From: a cyanobacterium endosymbiont of Rhopalodia gibba
GTDB lineage: Bacteria > Cyanobacteriota > Cyanobacteriia > Cyanobacteriales > Microcystaceae
Reading direction: 5' to 3'
Assembly: GCA_045159875.1 (NCBI GenBank)
Contig: CP067995.1
Location: 1,344,001-1,408,000, forward strand
Length of the DNA stretch: 64,000 nucleotides
In this document: piece by piece, positions 34,576-45,055 of the stretch
How positions within the stretch are numbered: the stretch's first letter is position 1
Layout: every line of letters begins with the position of its first letter
Program-made: the position numbers and the translations under genes
Notes under the pieces: generated by a model
Databases searched by the model: none
Told to the model about the DNA's origin: nothing
What the model saw: only the letters and a program-made list of their open reading frames with translations

Positions 34576-35567
34576 AATTTAAGATTGTTACTTTTGCAGC
34601 TATTGCCTTAGGTTATCTTATAAAAGATTAATTTAGAGAAGAAGTAGTGTGAAATTCAAGTTTTTTGATCTTCACAAAAAATTATAATTTGGATCAAAAA
34701 ATCTTCTGTTTTATTGTGTTCATCAGCTACCCAAATTCTGGCTATATGACTACTGTGCGTAAGCATAGATAATTAACAAATCTCCTGGCTAACATAATAG
34801 GGAAGCCCCCCCACTAGGACAAATCTCTCTTGTTTTTGGTTCTCCTAGGATGAACTAAAAAAATTTCTATGCTCAAAATGGAGGGTATTTACTTTTTTTA
34901 AGGGAAGGATACCAGCTTCGTAAAGCAACTCAGAAACGATATAATACTTTCTATATAATTTACATTTGCTCTAGTTACACACACTCTATTAAGAGTAGCA
35001 TGCATTGGCTTAATGGTTCTTATAAGTTGTGTTGATAATCAATTATCTTTGCCTATTTTATTAGGCTGTTTGCTCAGACAGACTGTTAATAAAATAAGTT
35101 ACATTATGGAGCTTATGTTATTAATTTGTCAGAATGCGAGGAAGTCGGGAAATCTGTAGAATAAGTGAAAAACTTAGTTCAAAAGTCTATTATCAATTAT
35201 TTAGCCGAGTCAAAGAACTAAAAGTGTACGTACCATGAAGCCAAATTAATCTGTGATTATGTAGAATTAAGCTAAGTTAGAGAATTTTGATATCATTCTC
35301 CCCGTACTAATGAAAGGGTATAATTCCTATGATGATCTGGGACTTTCTTTTTTTACTTCTTTGAAACACACACTAAATATTCGCGATTTAAGTCAAAAAA
35401 TGGTAAGTACTTCAATTCAACATCTTTAAAGATATAAAGGCCAATAATAACTATTTAAAAATCCCAAAAATTTAGTTAAGTTAAAACGGTTCTCCATAGA
35501 CTTGTTGAGGAAAAGATTAAGACCGTAACTTCTCGCAAAAGATAATATGACACGCTGTACCATTACA

Positions 35568-36968
35568 TCAGCGTCGGGACTGTTCAGGTTCTATATCGAT
35601 AATAATGTCGGGTGCAGTGGGAGTGGACTTAGGTTCTGCCACGGAAGAACTAGGCTGAGAAGAAGTGCCTAGGGAAGGAGATTCAATGGGGATAGGAATA
35701 ATTTTTGTCGGTTCTGGAATAGACGGCAATTCATCAGTAGGAGAAACTTCTGGTTCATCAGTAGGAGAAACTTCTGGTTCATCAGTAGGAGAAACTTCTG
35801 GTTCATCAGTAGGAGAAACTTCTGATTCATCAGTAGGAGAAACTTCTGGTTTTGGCGTAGAAAAACGTTGATTTTTAGATGGTGGAGTAGTTTTTCTCGG
35901 ATATTCAATCGATTCTGGTATGTTTGAGGGAGATAAAGAAGGACTAGGCTCTTTTTTAGTCGTTAAAATAAATCCTAAGATTAAGGCTCCAAAAATAGCA
36001 CTGACGACTAAAAAAGAGCCTAATACTAGAAGAGCCCAAGGGGTTTCGCTGTCGCATTCTGAGGAGCTCACAGAAGAGACTAATTGGGGTTTTAAAGAGT
36101 AAGGGTCTGACAAAACCGCTATGGTCGCGGCAGTAACAGTAGGCGATGAAATGTTTAGGGAAGCCAACATTTTTTTTGCTGTGAGGAAGCGATCCTTCGG
36201 ATGAAAGCAAAGAGTGCGATTAATAATACTAGTAAGATCAGAATCAAGATCAGGAATTTCTTTACCCCAGAGAACTTCCCCTGTGTGAGGATCAATCTCT
36301 AGATACTGAGGAGTTTTTCCAGTGAGTAGAAAGACTGCAGTTAACCCTAGACTATAAAGATCACTTGAATAAACTGGGCGACCAGCTGCTTGTTCAGATG
36401 GCATATAGCCAGGAGTTCCCCAGGCGATAGAATAGGCGGTTTTTCCATTGCTATTTATCATAGTGGCTACCGCTTCTTTAACAATACCAAAATCAATCAA
36501 GACCGGTTGACCATCTATAGCTCGGACAATAATGTTATCGGGTTTGATATCCCGATGAATAATATGGTGAGCATGAATGTAATCGAGAATTGGTAAGATG
36601 TTGCTGAGAAGTTCCGTAACTTCCGTTACCGAAAAATTTCCCCGTCTTTGGTGAACTTGAGAAAGAGTTTCCCCTTCAATCCATTCTTGTACTAAGTAAA
36701 AATGATTATTTTCAGAAAAATAGGCATACAGACAGGGAATTTGTGGATGATTCTCGCCTAATTTTTCTAATACAGCCGCTTCAAGTTTAAATCGCTCTTG
36801 TAACCACTTTGGAATCGATTGAGATTCTTGTAATGTGGGTTTTAGCTGTTTGATAACGCATTTTCTAGTTGAGGGCATCTGAGTGTCAATAGCTAAAAAA
36901 GTTTCTCCAAAGCCACCTTGACCCAAAGTTTCTAAAATTTGATAACGATTGCTCAACAGCATGGTCAT
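35568..36968 (-). CDS. Membrane-anchored Hanks-type Ser/Thr protein kinase (Pkn2/Spk family)
   Basis: LGQGGFG, VIKQL, HRDIKPDN, DFG and GTPGYMPSEQ motifs, a TM segment, and a Pro/Ser/Glu-rich tail. Confidence 0.93.
   Translation of the reverse strand: MTMLLSNRYQILETLGQGGFGETFLAIDTQMPSTRKCVIKQLKPTLQESQSIPKWLQERFKLEAAVLEKLGENHPQIPCLYAYFSENNHFYLVQEWIEGETLSQVHQRRGNFSVTEVTELLSNILPILDYIHAHHIIHRDIKPDNIIVRAIDGQPVLIDFGIVKEAVATMINSNGKTAYSIAWGTPGYMPSEQAAGRPVYSSDLYSLGLTAVFLLTGKTPQYLEIDPHTGEVLWGKEIPDLDSDLTSIINRTLCFHPKDRFLTAKKMLASLNISSPTVTAATIAVLSDPYSLKPQLVSSVSSSECDSETPWALLVLGSFLVVSAIFGALILGFILTTKKEPSPSLSPSNIPESIEYPRKTTPPSKNQRFSTPKPEVSPTDESEVSPTDEPEVSPTDEPEVSPTDEPEVSPTDELPSIPEPTKIIPIPIESPSLGTSSQPSSSVAEPKSTPTAPDIIIDIEPEQSRR
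35731..35850. repeat. Five tandem 24-bp repeats inside the kinase gene
   Basis: (TCATCAGTAGGAGAAACTTCTGGT)x5, with one copy ending TGAT. Encodes (PEVSPTDE)x5 on the minus strand. Confidence 0.97.
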
Positions 36969-37166
36969 TATTTAGTATGAAGGCAATAATATTATTACTC
37001 TAACAACAGGATGAGACCTTATTGTAAGGGGCTCAACAAACTATTGAGAAGGTGCCACATTCGATTGAGAAACTTGCATAATGTTCATTCATACTATGTC
37101 TTAAAAGAAGTTATACTACAACAATGATATTTTAAGACAAGATTAGCTTATTATCATCTGACTGAA

Positions 37167-37247
37167 TGCGGACGAAGAGACTCGAACTCTTACGCCAAGG
37201 ACACTAGAACCTAAATCTAGCGCGTCTACCAATTCCGCCACGTCCGC
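37167..37247 (-). tRNA. trnL: tRNA-Leu(UAG)
   Basis: Minus strand GCGGACGTGGCGGAATTGGTAGACGCGCTAGATTTAGGTTCTAGTGTCCTTGGCGTAAGAGTTCGAGTCTCTTCGTCCGCA: 7-bp acceptor stem, CTAGA/TCTAG anticodon stem with TAG, long variable arm and TTCGA T-loop. CCA is not encoded. Confidence 0.96.
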
Positions 37248-37264
37248 TTGCGTTCGGGTATATC

Positions 37265-37293
37265 ATCATAGTATTTTCTTTTGAGAAAGTCAA
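37265..37293 (-). promoter_or_regulatory. Sigma70-type promoter of tRNA-Leu
   Basis: Minus strand TTGACT-17 nt-TATGAT, ending 18 nt upstream of the tRNA. Confidence 0.75.
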
Positions 37294-37363
37294 TACTCCG
37301 GACTCTAGGTGATTTTAACAATGAATTGTAATCACCATAATACCTTTTTAAAAAAGACAAGAA

Positions 37364-38809
37364 CTAATTTTTGTGCTGAGTTTGCAAGAAGTTCTCTACA
37401 GTAGAACTTTCAAAACTAGGATACTGTTGTTGCCAATCTTGGCCCAATACGATAGTAATGTCGGAGGAAAGGGTTCCGGTACTTTCGACTAAGACTTCTC
37501 CTACCCCTAGGATAGCTTTCAATGAAGCCGCCCCTAAATCATCTCCTTGCTGCGCGACAATGCGAGTAGTTGCCAAGGGTTCTCCCCAGTTATCACTCAC
37601 AAAAACTTGACCATAACCCCTCTCTCGTAAATAGTTAACCATAGCTTTCACGGCCTTTGAGTCTTCAACACTATCTTGAATCGCAATTCTCAAACGAGTG
37701 GGATTTTTGTTCTCAGAGTCTTGGTAATTACCATGATCGAAGTAGTCTGCGACCATTTCCTTGATTTTATGAGGGTAAGGAATCCAATAGCTTATCTTCT
37801 GTTTGCCATCGCCACTAAAGCCTCCAGGAACCATTAACATTTCTACATCAGACCGTTTAGTCTGAGCAGCAAATCCAGCTAAGGCAACTAACTCTTCAAC
37901 CGTTAAATTAGTATCAATATAGGTCCCAATCACCGAAAGAATTTCAGGCATTTTTAGAACTGTCTGGGGTCTAAGGGCTTGTTCAACCACCGCCCGCATT
38001 AACATTTGTTGTCGTTGTACTCGTCCTATATCTCCATAGCGATCATAACGGAAGCGTAAAAATGCAATCGCTCTTTCCCCATCTAGATGTTGTTCGCCTT
38101 GTTTAAGGTTAATGTAGAGATGTTGACTGTGGTCAGTATACTTCATATTTTTGGGGACATAAACATTAACACCCCCCAAAGCATCAATCACTTTTTCTAC
38201 CCCTTGAATGTTCACTCTGACATAACGATCAATGGGAACCCCTCCTAAAAGAGTACTAACGGCTTCAGCAGCTAAGGCTGCTCCTCCATAATAATTGGCT
38301 TCATTTATTTTTCGAATCCCTCGACCAATATTAGCTCGAGTATCCCTAGGGATTGATAAAAGCCTGAGTTTATCTTGATTGGGATCAAAACGTAACAAAA
38401 CCATTGTATCCGATAGCCCTTTAAAAGAATTCACTAAGGCATGATATCCTAAGTCTTCTTCAGGTTTTTCACTCACTTCTGAGGTTAAAACTTTAGTACC
38501 CAATACCAACAGATTAACAGGACGACTTAATTCAGGTAATCGTAGATTTCTATAAGCAATAGTGCTGTCTTGACTAAAAACTTTTTCTTGTCCAGGAGTC
38601 AGGCTACTTTGCCTTAGAGGAGTAGCGGAAAATGATATGGAAAGAAAAGCGCCAGCCATAGCAGAAACCAGGGATACTGCAGTTAATCCTAATCCAATCA
38701 ATAACCAGTTACCCCTTTGCTTTGTGGCATTAGGCTTTTTTAAAGATAATGGTTTACTTGGGATAGGACTTGTCGGATAGGTTTTTTTGACTGACACAAT
38801 TCTCCTCAC
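37364..38809 (-). CDS. LCP (LytR-CpsA-Psr) family protein with C-terminal LytR_C domain
   Basis: N-terminal TM, then LSDTMVL, LSIPRDT, KINEA, RFRYDRYGDIGRVQRQQ and SDITIVLGQDW. GTG start. Confidence 0.92.
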   Translation of the reverse strand: MRRIVSVKKTYPTSPIPSKPLSLKKPNATKQRGNWLLIGLGLTAVSLVSAMAGAFLSISFSATPLRQSSLTPGQEKVFSQDSTIAYRNLRLPELSRPVNLLVLGTKVLTSEVSEKPEEDLGYHALVNSFKGLSDTMVLLRFDPNQDKLRLLSIPRDTRANIGRGIRKINEANYYGGAALAAEAVSTLLGGVPIDRYVRVNIQGVEKVIDALGGVNVYVPKNMKYTDHSQHLYINLKQGEQHLDGERAIAFLRFRYDRYGDIGRVQRQQMLMRAVVEQALRPQTVLKMPEILSVIGTYIDTNLTVEELVALAGFAAQTKRSDVEMLMVPGGFSGDGKQKISYWIPYPHKIKEMVADYFDHGNYQDSENKNPTRLRIAIQDSVEDSKAVKAMVNYLRERGYGQVFVSDNWGEPLATTRIVAQQGDDLGAASLKAILGVGEVLVESTGTLSSDITIVLGQDWQQQYPSFESSTVENFLQTQHKN

Positions 38810-38996
38810 ACCTTAACGATGTGTCCGTTGTAGTTAGGTTTTACTTTGCGCATGTTACCTGACCATGTTGATCACCACAACTTGCTTGGGACTTAGGTAG
38901 TTATCCCATTCGCAAGATTATGCCACAAGATAGAGAAATTGGCTATTTACATTTTAATTCTATCGTCATCTTTTTAGACAAAGTTGGATATAAAGT

Positions 38997-39635
38997 ATGG
39001 GAACACAAAGGACAACTAGAGAATTATTGTTGAAATTTGGTATCATCAATGAAATTAAAAACAGCACAATCCTCCAACCATTTCTGGATCAATTTATGGG
39101 ACTCTCTAGGTGGTCAAAAAAGCTAAATCTTAATCGGCAAGCTATCCGTAAGCGTATTCTCAATGATCCTTATTATCGGTTCTGTTCCCTCGAAGAAGTT
39201 GAGATTGCAGCGGAATTAGGGGTAACAATTGATGTTAATCAAGCAGGTGTGGATGATTGGTTGAGATTGCCTGGACTTTCCATTCACCAAGGGCGTACCC
39301 TAGTAGCGTTAGTCTCAATGGGGGTAGAGTTACTCTGTATCGAAGACTTAGCTGCTGCTTTAAGTATTCCAATACAAAGTCTTAAACCCCTAGCTCCCAT
39401 TCTTGTTTTTTCCTACCGTGATCCCCGAAGTTTACTAATGTCTCAACGGGTCAATATCAACTGCGCTACTTTAAAAGAACTTCAAGATATCCCCATTATT
39501 GATGCTAATCTTGCTCAAAACCTGGTGAACAATCGTCACGAAAACGGTGGTTATAAGGACTTCGCTGATTTACAACGAAGATTAGCCCTAACAGGAGCAA
39601 TCGTCTCCGAATTGATGCACTATTTACAATTCTGA
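38997..39635 (+). CDS. ComEA-family helix-hairpin-helix DNA-binding protein (start may be ATG 39096)
   Basis: DPYYRF..IDVNQAGVDDWLRLPGLS and VNINCATLKEL HhH repeats. Confidence 0.85.
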   Translation: MGTQRTTRELLLKFGIINEIKNSTILQPFLDQFMGLSRWSKKLNLNRQAIRKRILNDPYYRFCSLEEVEIAAELGVTIDVNQAGVDDWLRLPGLSIHQGRTLVALVSMGVELLCIEDLAAALSIPIQSLKPLAPILVFSYRDPRSLLMSQRVNINCATLKELQDIPIIDANLAQNLVNNRHENGGYKDFADLQRRLALTGAIVSELMHYLQF

Positions 39636-40445
39636 TGCTGAGGTTTAAATTTTTAATCCTCATTCATACCTTTGTTAAGACGGTATGGGAATTCCATCAA
39701 TGCCCTGAATGTTTTACAATTACTAACTCTCTAGTGGCAACTTGTTTAGTCCATTCGTCGTGAAGGGGGACTCAAAGTTAGGGCAATTCCTAAGTTAAGT
39801 CTGTGGTTAGGTTTCATTCACCTCCGTTGGTTGGCCTATCATACTGAGTATGAAAACCATACTTATCTTTTTAGATCGCCAAGAACAAGAAGTAATACCA
39901 GTGTAATCTATAGATTCTATTGTCGTTAATTTTACCCGTCAAAACAGAAACCCCGTTTAATCGATGAGGTATTCTATGAAATTCCTGGAGAAACTGTTGT
40001 AGAATTCTTGATTAATATAGTTAGTTGATTCACGTTTACGGTGAATCTTCTGTTACAATTTTCCATCGCCACTAAATAACTCAACAAAAATATAAATAAA
40101 GTTCTAACTTTTAAATAAAAATTACTCTTAACTTAGATATAAAATAGGGTAGATAAAGTTTTTAAATAAATATGAAAATTAAACTTGTATTCATAGCTAA
40201 ATGTGTCATAATAACTTATCTAAATTTTAAAAAAATTGTGCTTTTTCTTTCAATTTTAAGAGATGAAAAATATCAATAACTTATTTCATCTTTGAAAATA
40301 AGAAAACTTATAATGTATCTGTTCCAGACTAAGTTTTTACTTTAGTGAAAAGATATTAATTTTTATTGTTTAGGCACTCTTAACTAGATATACGGAGACT
40401 CTATTTGAGATATAATTATCCTGTATTAGGAAAGAGAAGCAACAT

Positions 40446-42074
40446 ATGTCAAGTTGGTGGAATGAAGCTGTATTTTATCAAGTTTGTCTTCGTAGTTTTC
40501 AAGACTCCAATGGAGACGGAATCGGAGATTTAAGGGGGTTAGTAGATCGTTTAGATTATTTACAAGAGTTGGGAATTAATGCAATTTGGGTTACTCCATT
40601 TTATGAATCTCCTCACGTTGATTTTGGTTACGATGTGAGTAGTCATAAAGATATTGATAGCCGTTATGGAAATATATCAGACTTTGAAGACTTAATCTCG
40701 GAAGCCAATAAACGTAATCTGAAAATTGTCGTTGATATTATATTAAACCATACCTCAGATCAACATCCTTTTTTCATTGAATCTCGTCGTTCTTGCACCT
40801 CTTCAAAACGAGATTGGTATATCTGGCGTGACGGGAAACCCGATGGCAGTCCCCCTAATAATTGGGAAGGATTTGAGCAATCAACATGGACTTTTGACCC
40901 TAAAACTAATCAATATTATTATCATTTCCACTATCATGAACAACCTGATCTTAACTGGCGTAATCCAGCCGTTGTTGAAGAAATGTTTAGTATTTGTGAT
41001 TTTTGGTTAAATAAAGGGGTGGCAGGACTACGATTAGACGCCATTAATTATTTAGTTGAAGATCCTCAATTGCTAGATAATCCTATCCTTGATAGGGTTC
41101 CTGATTACCTGCGTAATATTTATCAATTCAATCAGGATCCTATTCACACTATCAATCATCCTGAAAACCATAGAATTTTAAAAAAACTACGTCATCATGT
41201 TAAAACAAATCATCAAAATGACCCTTTATTAATCGGAGAAGTTTGGGTTCCAAATTTTTATGAAATCAGGCGATTCTATGGAGAAAAAGATGATGAAATC
41301 CAATTGCCTTTTAACTTTTTCTTAAGTACCCTTCCTCAAGTAAATGCTCAGTATTTTCGAGAAATGATTGTGGAGTTTCAGCAAGTTCTAGGAGAGCTGC
41401 CAACTACTTTAGTTTTAAGTAACCATGACTTTGAACGAGCAACCAGTCGCTATGCCACACAAGAAAATTCCGATGCGATGGCTAAATTGTTAGCTACTTT
41501 GTTGCTAACTCTACGAGGTATCCCGTTTATTTACTATGGAGAAGAATTAGGACTTCGAGATTATCCCCCAGAAACCATCGAAGAAGTTCAAGACCCACGA
41601 GGTCGAATTCGTTGGCCAGACTATAAAGGTCGTGATGGCTGTCGCACTCCGATGCCATGGAACAGTCAACCTCAAGCGGGATTTACCACTGGTCAACCTT
41701 GGTATAAACTCAATCCAGATTATCGAATGCGCAATGTTGCTGTACAAACGGATGACCCTAATTCCATCTTGAATCATTACAAAAACCTACTCAAATTACG
41801 GCGACATTGCCTCCCATTGAGTCTGGGTCAATTAACTATGTTAGGAGATGATCTTAGGGTATTGGCATATATGAGGTCTTACGAGGAGCAAAATGCTTTA
41901 ATTGCACTTAATATGTCGAATAATCACACTCAATTTTTCTTAGAAGAATTACCCCATCAAAGAAATTTATCATGGAAAATTATCTTATCCACTCATGTTC
42001 AATCAAAAGATAAAATCGTTAAGAAGACTTTAACGTTAAATCCGTTTGAAGGAATTGTTGTCGTTCCTATTTAA
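40446..42074 (+). CDS. GH13 alpha-glucosidase / oligo-1,6-glucosidase-like enzyme
   Basis: SFQDSNGDGIGDL, NHTSDQH and QPDLNW motifs, a complete catalytic triad (RLDAI, IGEV, SNHD), and RDGCRTPMPW. Confidence 0.92.
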   Translation: MSSWWNEAVFYQVCLRSFQDSNGDGIGDLRGLVDRLDYLQELGINAIWVTPFYESPHVDFGYDVSSHKDIDSRYGNISDFEDLISEANKRNLKIVVDIILNHTSDQHPFFIESRRSCTSSKRDWYIWRDGKPDGSPPNNWEGFEQSTWTFDPKTNQYYYHFHYHEQPDLNWRNPAVVEEMFSICDFWLNKGVAGLRLDAINYLVEDPQLLDNPILDRVPDYLRNIYQFNQDPIHTINHPENHRILKKLRHHVKTNHQNDPLLIGEVWVPNFYEIRRFYGEKDDEIQLPFNFFLSTLPQVNAQYFREMIVEFQQVLGELPTTLVLSNHDFERATSRYATQENSDAMAKLLATLLLTLRGIPFIYYGEELGLRDYPPETIEEVQDPRGRIRWPDYKGRDGCRTPMPWNSQPQAGFTTGQPWYKLNPDYRMRNVAVQTDDPNSILNHYKNLLKLRRHCLPLSLGQLTMLGDDLRVLAYMRSYEEQNALIALNMSNNHTQFFLEELPHQRNLSWKIILSTHVQSKDKIVKKTLTLNPFEGIVVVPI

Positions 42075-42094
42075 ATCAATAACTGGCGTTTTAT

Positions 42095-42480
42095 TTAAAT
42101 TTAGCTGGGATGATAGAGCGACGGCTGAAAACCTGAAACCATTATGCACCGAGTACCTTTACTTAACTTCAATGTGTAAGTTTTTGGAGTACGTGTCGTA
42201 GTGGTTTTCAGCTGGATTTCAACATAAAATATAGTTGACTGTGTTTGCAGTTGCCACTTCTTTTTTTTTGCTAACATGGACGGTTTGGCAATGACGTTAT
42301 TTATACTTTTTATAGCTAAGCTTCATAAACGTTTGTTCTCAACTTTTAAACCTCATAGACAGTTTATTTGAGTTTGTCGTCATTGTTGAAAAACTTATGA
42401 TTTGGGTATTCAATTCTCCTATATCAGTTAATATTTTAAATTTGATTTTTCAACACAGTTTTCTAGGCAATCTTTTTGGA
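42095..42480 (-). mobile_element. Possible IS1634-family transposase fossil
   Basis: Minus strand LRHVLQKL...WFQVF resembles the IS1634 C-terminus (LRQAL...LRWIFQCF). Heavily decayed. Confidence 0.3.
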
Positions 42481-43087
42481 TTATTTTTTTATTTAACTGA
42501 AACTTATGAAACTTAAACTTTTTATAATCGGTAATTTTACACAGAAGTAGTGAAGTCTTAGGATCTATTTTGTACTAAGTCTAATACTTTTTTATGAGCT
42601 AAAATAATAGCTCATTTTAGAGCTTGAATGATAAGTTATTTTTTCCTTGGGCAACAACTTTAACTTCTCTCGTCCTAATTCTATTAAAAACTCTACATTG
42701 GTCGGATTTGTTAAAAGATGTAACCTGTTTATTTCTTTTTCGTAGTTGACTCAAACTAGATAAAAAAATGAAACTCACAACTCACCATGGAATTATATTC
42801 TTAAACTTATTGTCCCTTCACATCTTTTCTTTTAATCATATTGTCAAGTTTATCCCAGATAAGTCCCTATCCAGTCTTGCCGGCTGTTCTGACAAGAAGA
42901 ATAAATTAATTTTTTCTTTTTGTCAGGAAAAAAAAATGTGGTTTTTCTATCAGTATTGCTCATCACAGTAGAAATAAGTAGAAAAAAATTTAAGTTTTGT
43001 GTGGATCAAAAACTAACGATAGATAAAGCAGGCATAGTTTTCTCCCTCGAGCAAATTATTTAAATACTCAAATTTTTCAATTAAAAA

Positions 43088-43150
43088 ACTGTCCTAACGT
43101 TTTTGCGTAGTGCTATAATCCCCAGCAGGTAGTACTGTCCTAACGTTTTT
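43088..43150 (+). promoter_or_regulatory. Extended -10 promoter flanked by two perfect 17-bp direct repeats
   Basis: ACTGTCCTAACGTTTTT at 43088-43104 and 43134-43150, with TGCTATAAT at 43111-43119 between them. The ATG is at 43159. Confidence 0.7.
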
Positions 43151-43158
43151 CTTAACCA

Positions 43159-43818
43159 ATGCTTAAAGCAATACTCTTTGATCTAGATGGAACAATTGCC
43201 CATACTGACACAATTCACTTCTCGATATGGCAATCTTGGCTACAGAAATATGGGCTAAACATTGACTTATCTTTTTATCAGCAAAATATTAATGGCCGAC
43301 ATAACCAGGATTTTTTACGTCAATGGCTATCAGAACTTTCTGAGGAGGAAATTCAACAATTAAGTAATGATAAAGAAGCCTATTTTCGGAAAATAGCACA
43401 AGACCAGTTGCGACCGCTCATGGGACTGTCCACTCTACTCGATTGGCTGAGGGATTGTCAGCTTAAGTCGGCAGTTGTTACCAATGCCCCTCGTTCTAAT
43501 GCTAATTTTATGCTAGAAGCTCTTAAACTCCATGACTTCTGGGAGACGATTATCGTAGGGGAAGAGTTACCCAAAGCTAAACCAGACCCTTATCCTTACC
43601 AAGAAGCTTTACGTTGTTTGAATATTGCCCCCGACGAAGCCCTTGTTTTTGAAGATTCTCCTACTGGTATTTATTCTTCCGTAGGTGCAGGGATTTTTAC
43701 TGTGGGCATCTCTACCACTCATTCGGAAAGGGTATTGTCCGAATGTGGTGCTAAATTGATTATCCATGATTTTAGTGATCCGCGATTAAAAACTATCGGA
43801 GTGTTAGATAATATCTAG
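43159..43818 (+). CDS. HAD-IA family phosphatase (beta-PGM/CbbY-like)
   Basis: FDLDGT, VTNA, KPDPYPY and FEDSPTG HAD motifs I-IV. Confidence 0.9.
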   Translation: MLKAILFDLDGTIAHTDTIHFSIWQSWLQKYGLNIDLSFYQQNINGRHNQDFLRQWLSELSEEEIQQLSNDKEAYFRKIAQDQLRPLMGLSTLLDWLRDCQLKSAVVTNAPRSNANFMLEALKLHDFWETIIVGEELPKAKPDPYPYQEALRCLNIAPDEALVFEDSPTGIYSSVGAGIFTVGISTTHSERVLSECGAKLIIHDFSDPRLKTIGVLDNI

Positions 43819-44218
43819 ATCACTATCTTCTCTGTCCTGTCGGACAATTCCCTTCCCTCCCCATCTTTAAATTTTTTTTTTCTTTGATTTCTGAATCGAA
43901 AAACTCTCTACAGTAAATTTTTTAACAAGCTAATTACCTATTCAGCCTAATACATCGACTTGTTTTATCGATAAATAACAAAATAACTCGGCGAACTTTT
44001 ATTTTTAGTAGAACTGCAGTAGCTGCTATTGTCAGTACTCAATTTTTTATTCAACAAAACAGCAATTATAAATCAATGATCTCTATTCTGAGATAGACTC
44101 AGGATTTAAAGATTTATACCGCCTATAAATAGACTGGATACACAGAAAACTCATACACAGCTCGAAATTTTGTACAGGTTTATCTATGCTAACAGAGGTA
44201 TTAGCGGAGAATAAACTG

Positions 44219-44600
44219 GTGTTCGGTCTAACATAATTAACATAAAGTAATATCAAATAGGCAACAATTTGAGGTAATTGACCATAAAATGAGTGTTTAT
44301 CGTTCAGTGTAGAGTTATGTCTTGAGAGAACGTAAAGACTGCTTAGTAGTTCGTAAATAAATCACTCATCAATGTTTGCTCTCTAATATGAAAAATATAT
44401 TGTAATTCTTGATGTTTCTATCCTTATCATCATAAGCAGTCTTAGAGTCTAACCAGCAGCGAGGAGAATTGATAACATTCTTAAAACAGTTGGTGCTTAA
44501 ATTTTACAATAAGTTTAAAGCATTTTAGACGGAGTTTTTTACTGACATATAATTAAAAAAATTATGCCCTTCTTGTTCTTAAAACAAGTAAGTACAGGAT
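44219..44600 (+). mobile_element. tnpB: IS200/IS605-family TnpB pseudogene (N-terminal remnant)
   Basis: Across frames VFGLT..RSV*SYVLRERKD..RK.SLINVCSL..YPYHHKQS.SLT..LKTVGA.IL, matching the cyanobacterial TnpB N-terminus (RSVWNYALRERKDW..RKS..NACSI..YPNYxxQ). Confidence 0.7.
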
Positions 44601-45055
44601 GCGTTGCGTCTTTATTAAGAACTTGACTAGGCACGTTTTATAGTGAGCTAATGACAGACTCCTATCGAAATAGACTTATAAAAGTGGTTCCTGTAGTTTA
44701 TACTTGACGAGTCTGTAAACAAAACAGCATATTACAATGATTATCCGGGGCATAAGTTCTATAAAAGGATGATAACTGACTGGATTATAAAATACTTTTT
44801 TACAATTAATTTTTTAGAATAAATACTGTTAATTGAGGAACAGGCTTAGAATACTGTTCGGATTTTTGATGAAAATGATTCAAATCAAAAAACACTTTAA
44901 TAAGATTTAAGACAGGACTTTAAATTAAAAGTACCATGTCTCAATAAATATTGCCTTCAGCATAGAATTACCGCTATTTATAATTAACCATTTAGAACAG
45001 CCTACGGGTAGTGCAGGGAAAGATAGATGATTTTTCCGCAAGTGGGCTTAGATTC

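Noticed and set aside
34740..35420. Coding-like remnant, weakly reminiscent of a cytochrome P450 N-terminus
   Set aside because: There are too few diagnostic residues, and the family cannot be assigned without blastx.
35731..35850. Repeat array as a possible CRISPR
   Set aside because: The units are directly tandem with no spacers, are in frame inside a kinase gene, and have no cas genes nearby.
39700..40030. Coding-like remnant after the ComEA gene; also 6600-6900, 11450-11800, 13730-13990, 25080-25420 and 56700-58500
   Set aside because: These are probably old pseudogenes, but I could not find convincing motifs in any frame.
43088..43150. Repeat-spacer-repeat as a mini-CRISPR
   Set aside because: There are only two 17-bp repeats, too short for CRISPR, and the spacer contains a -10 box.
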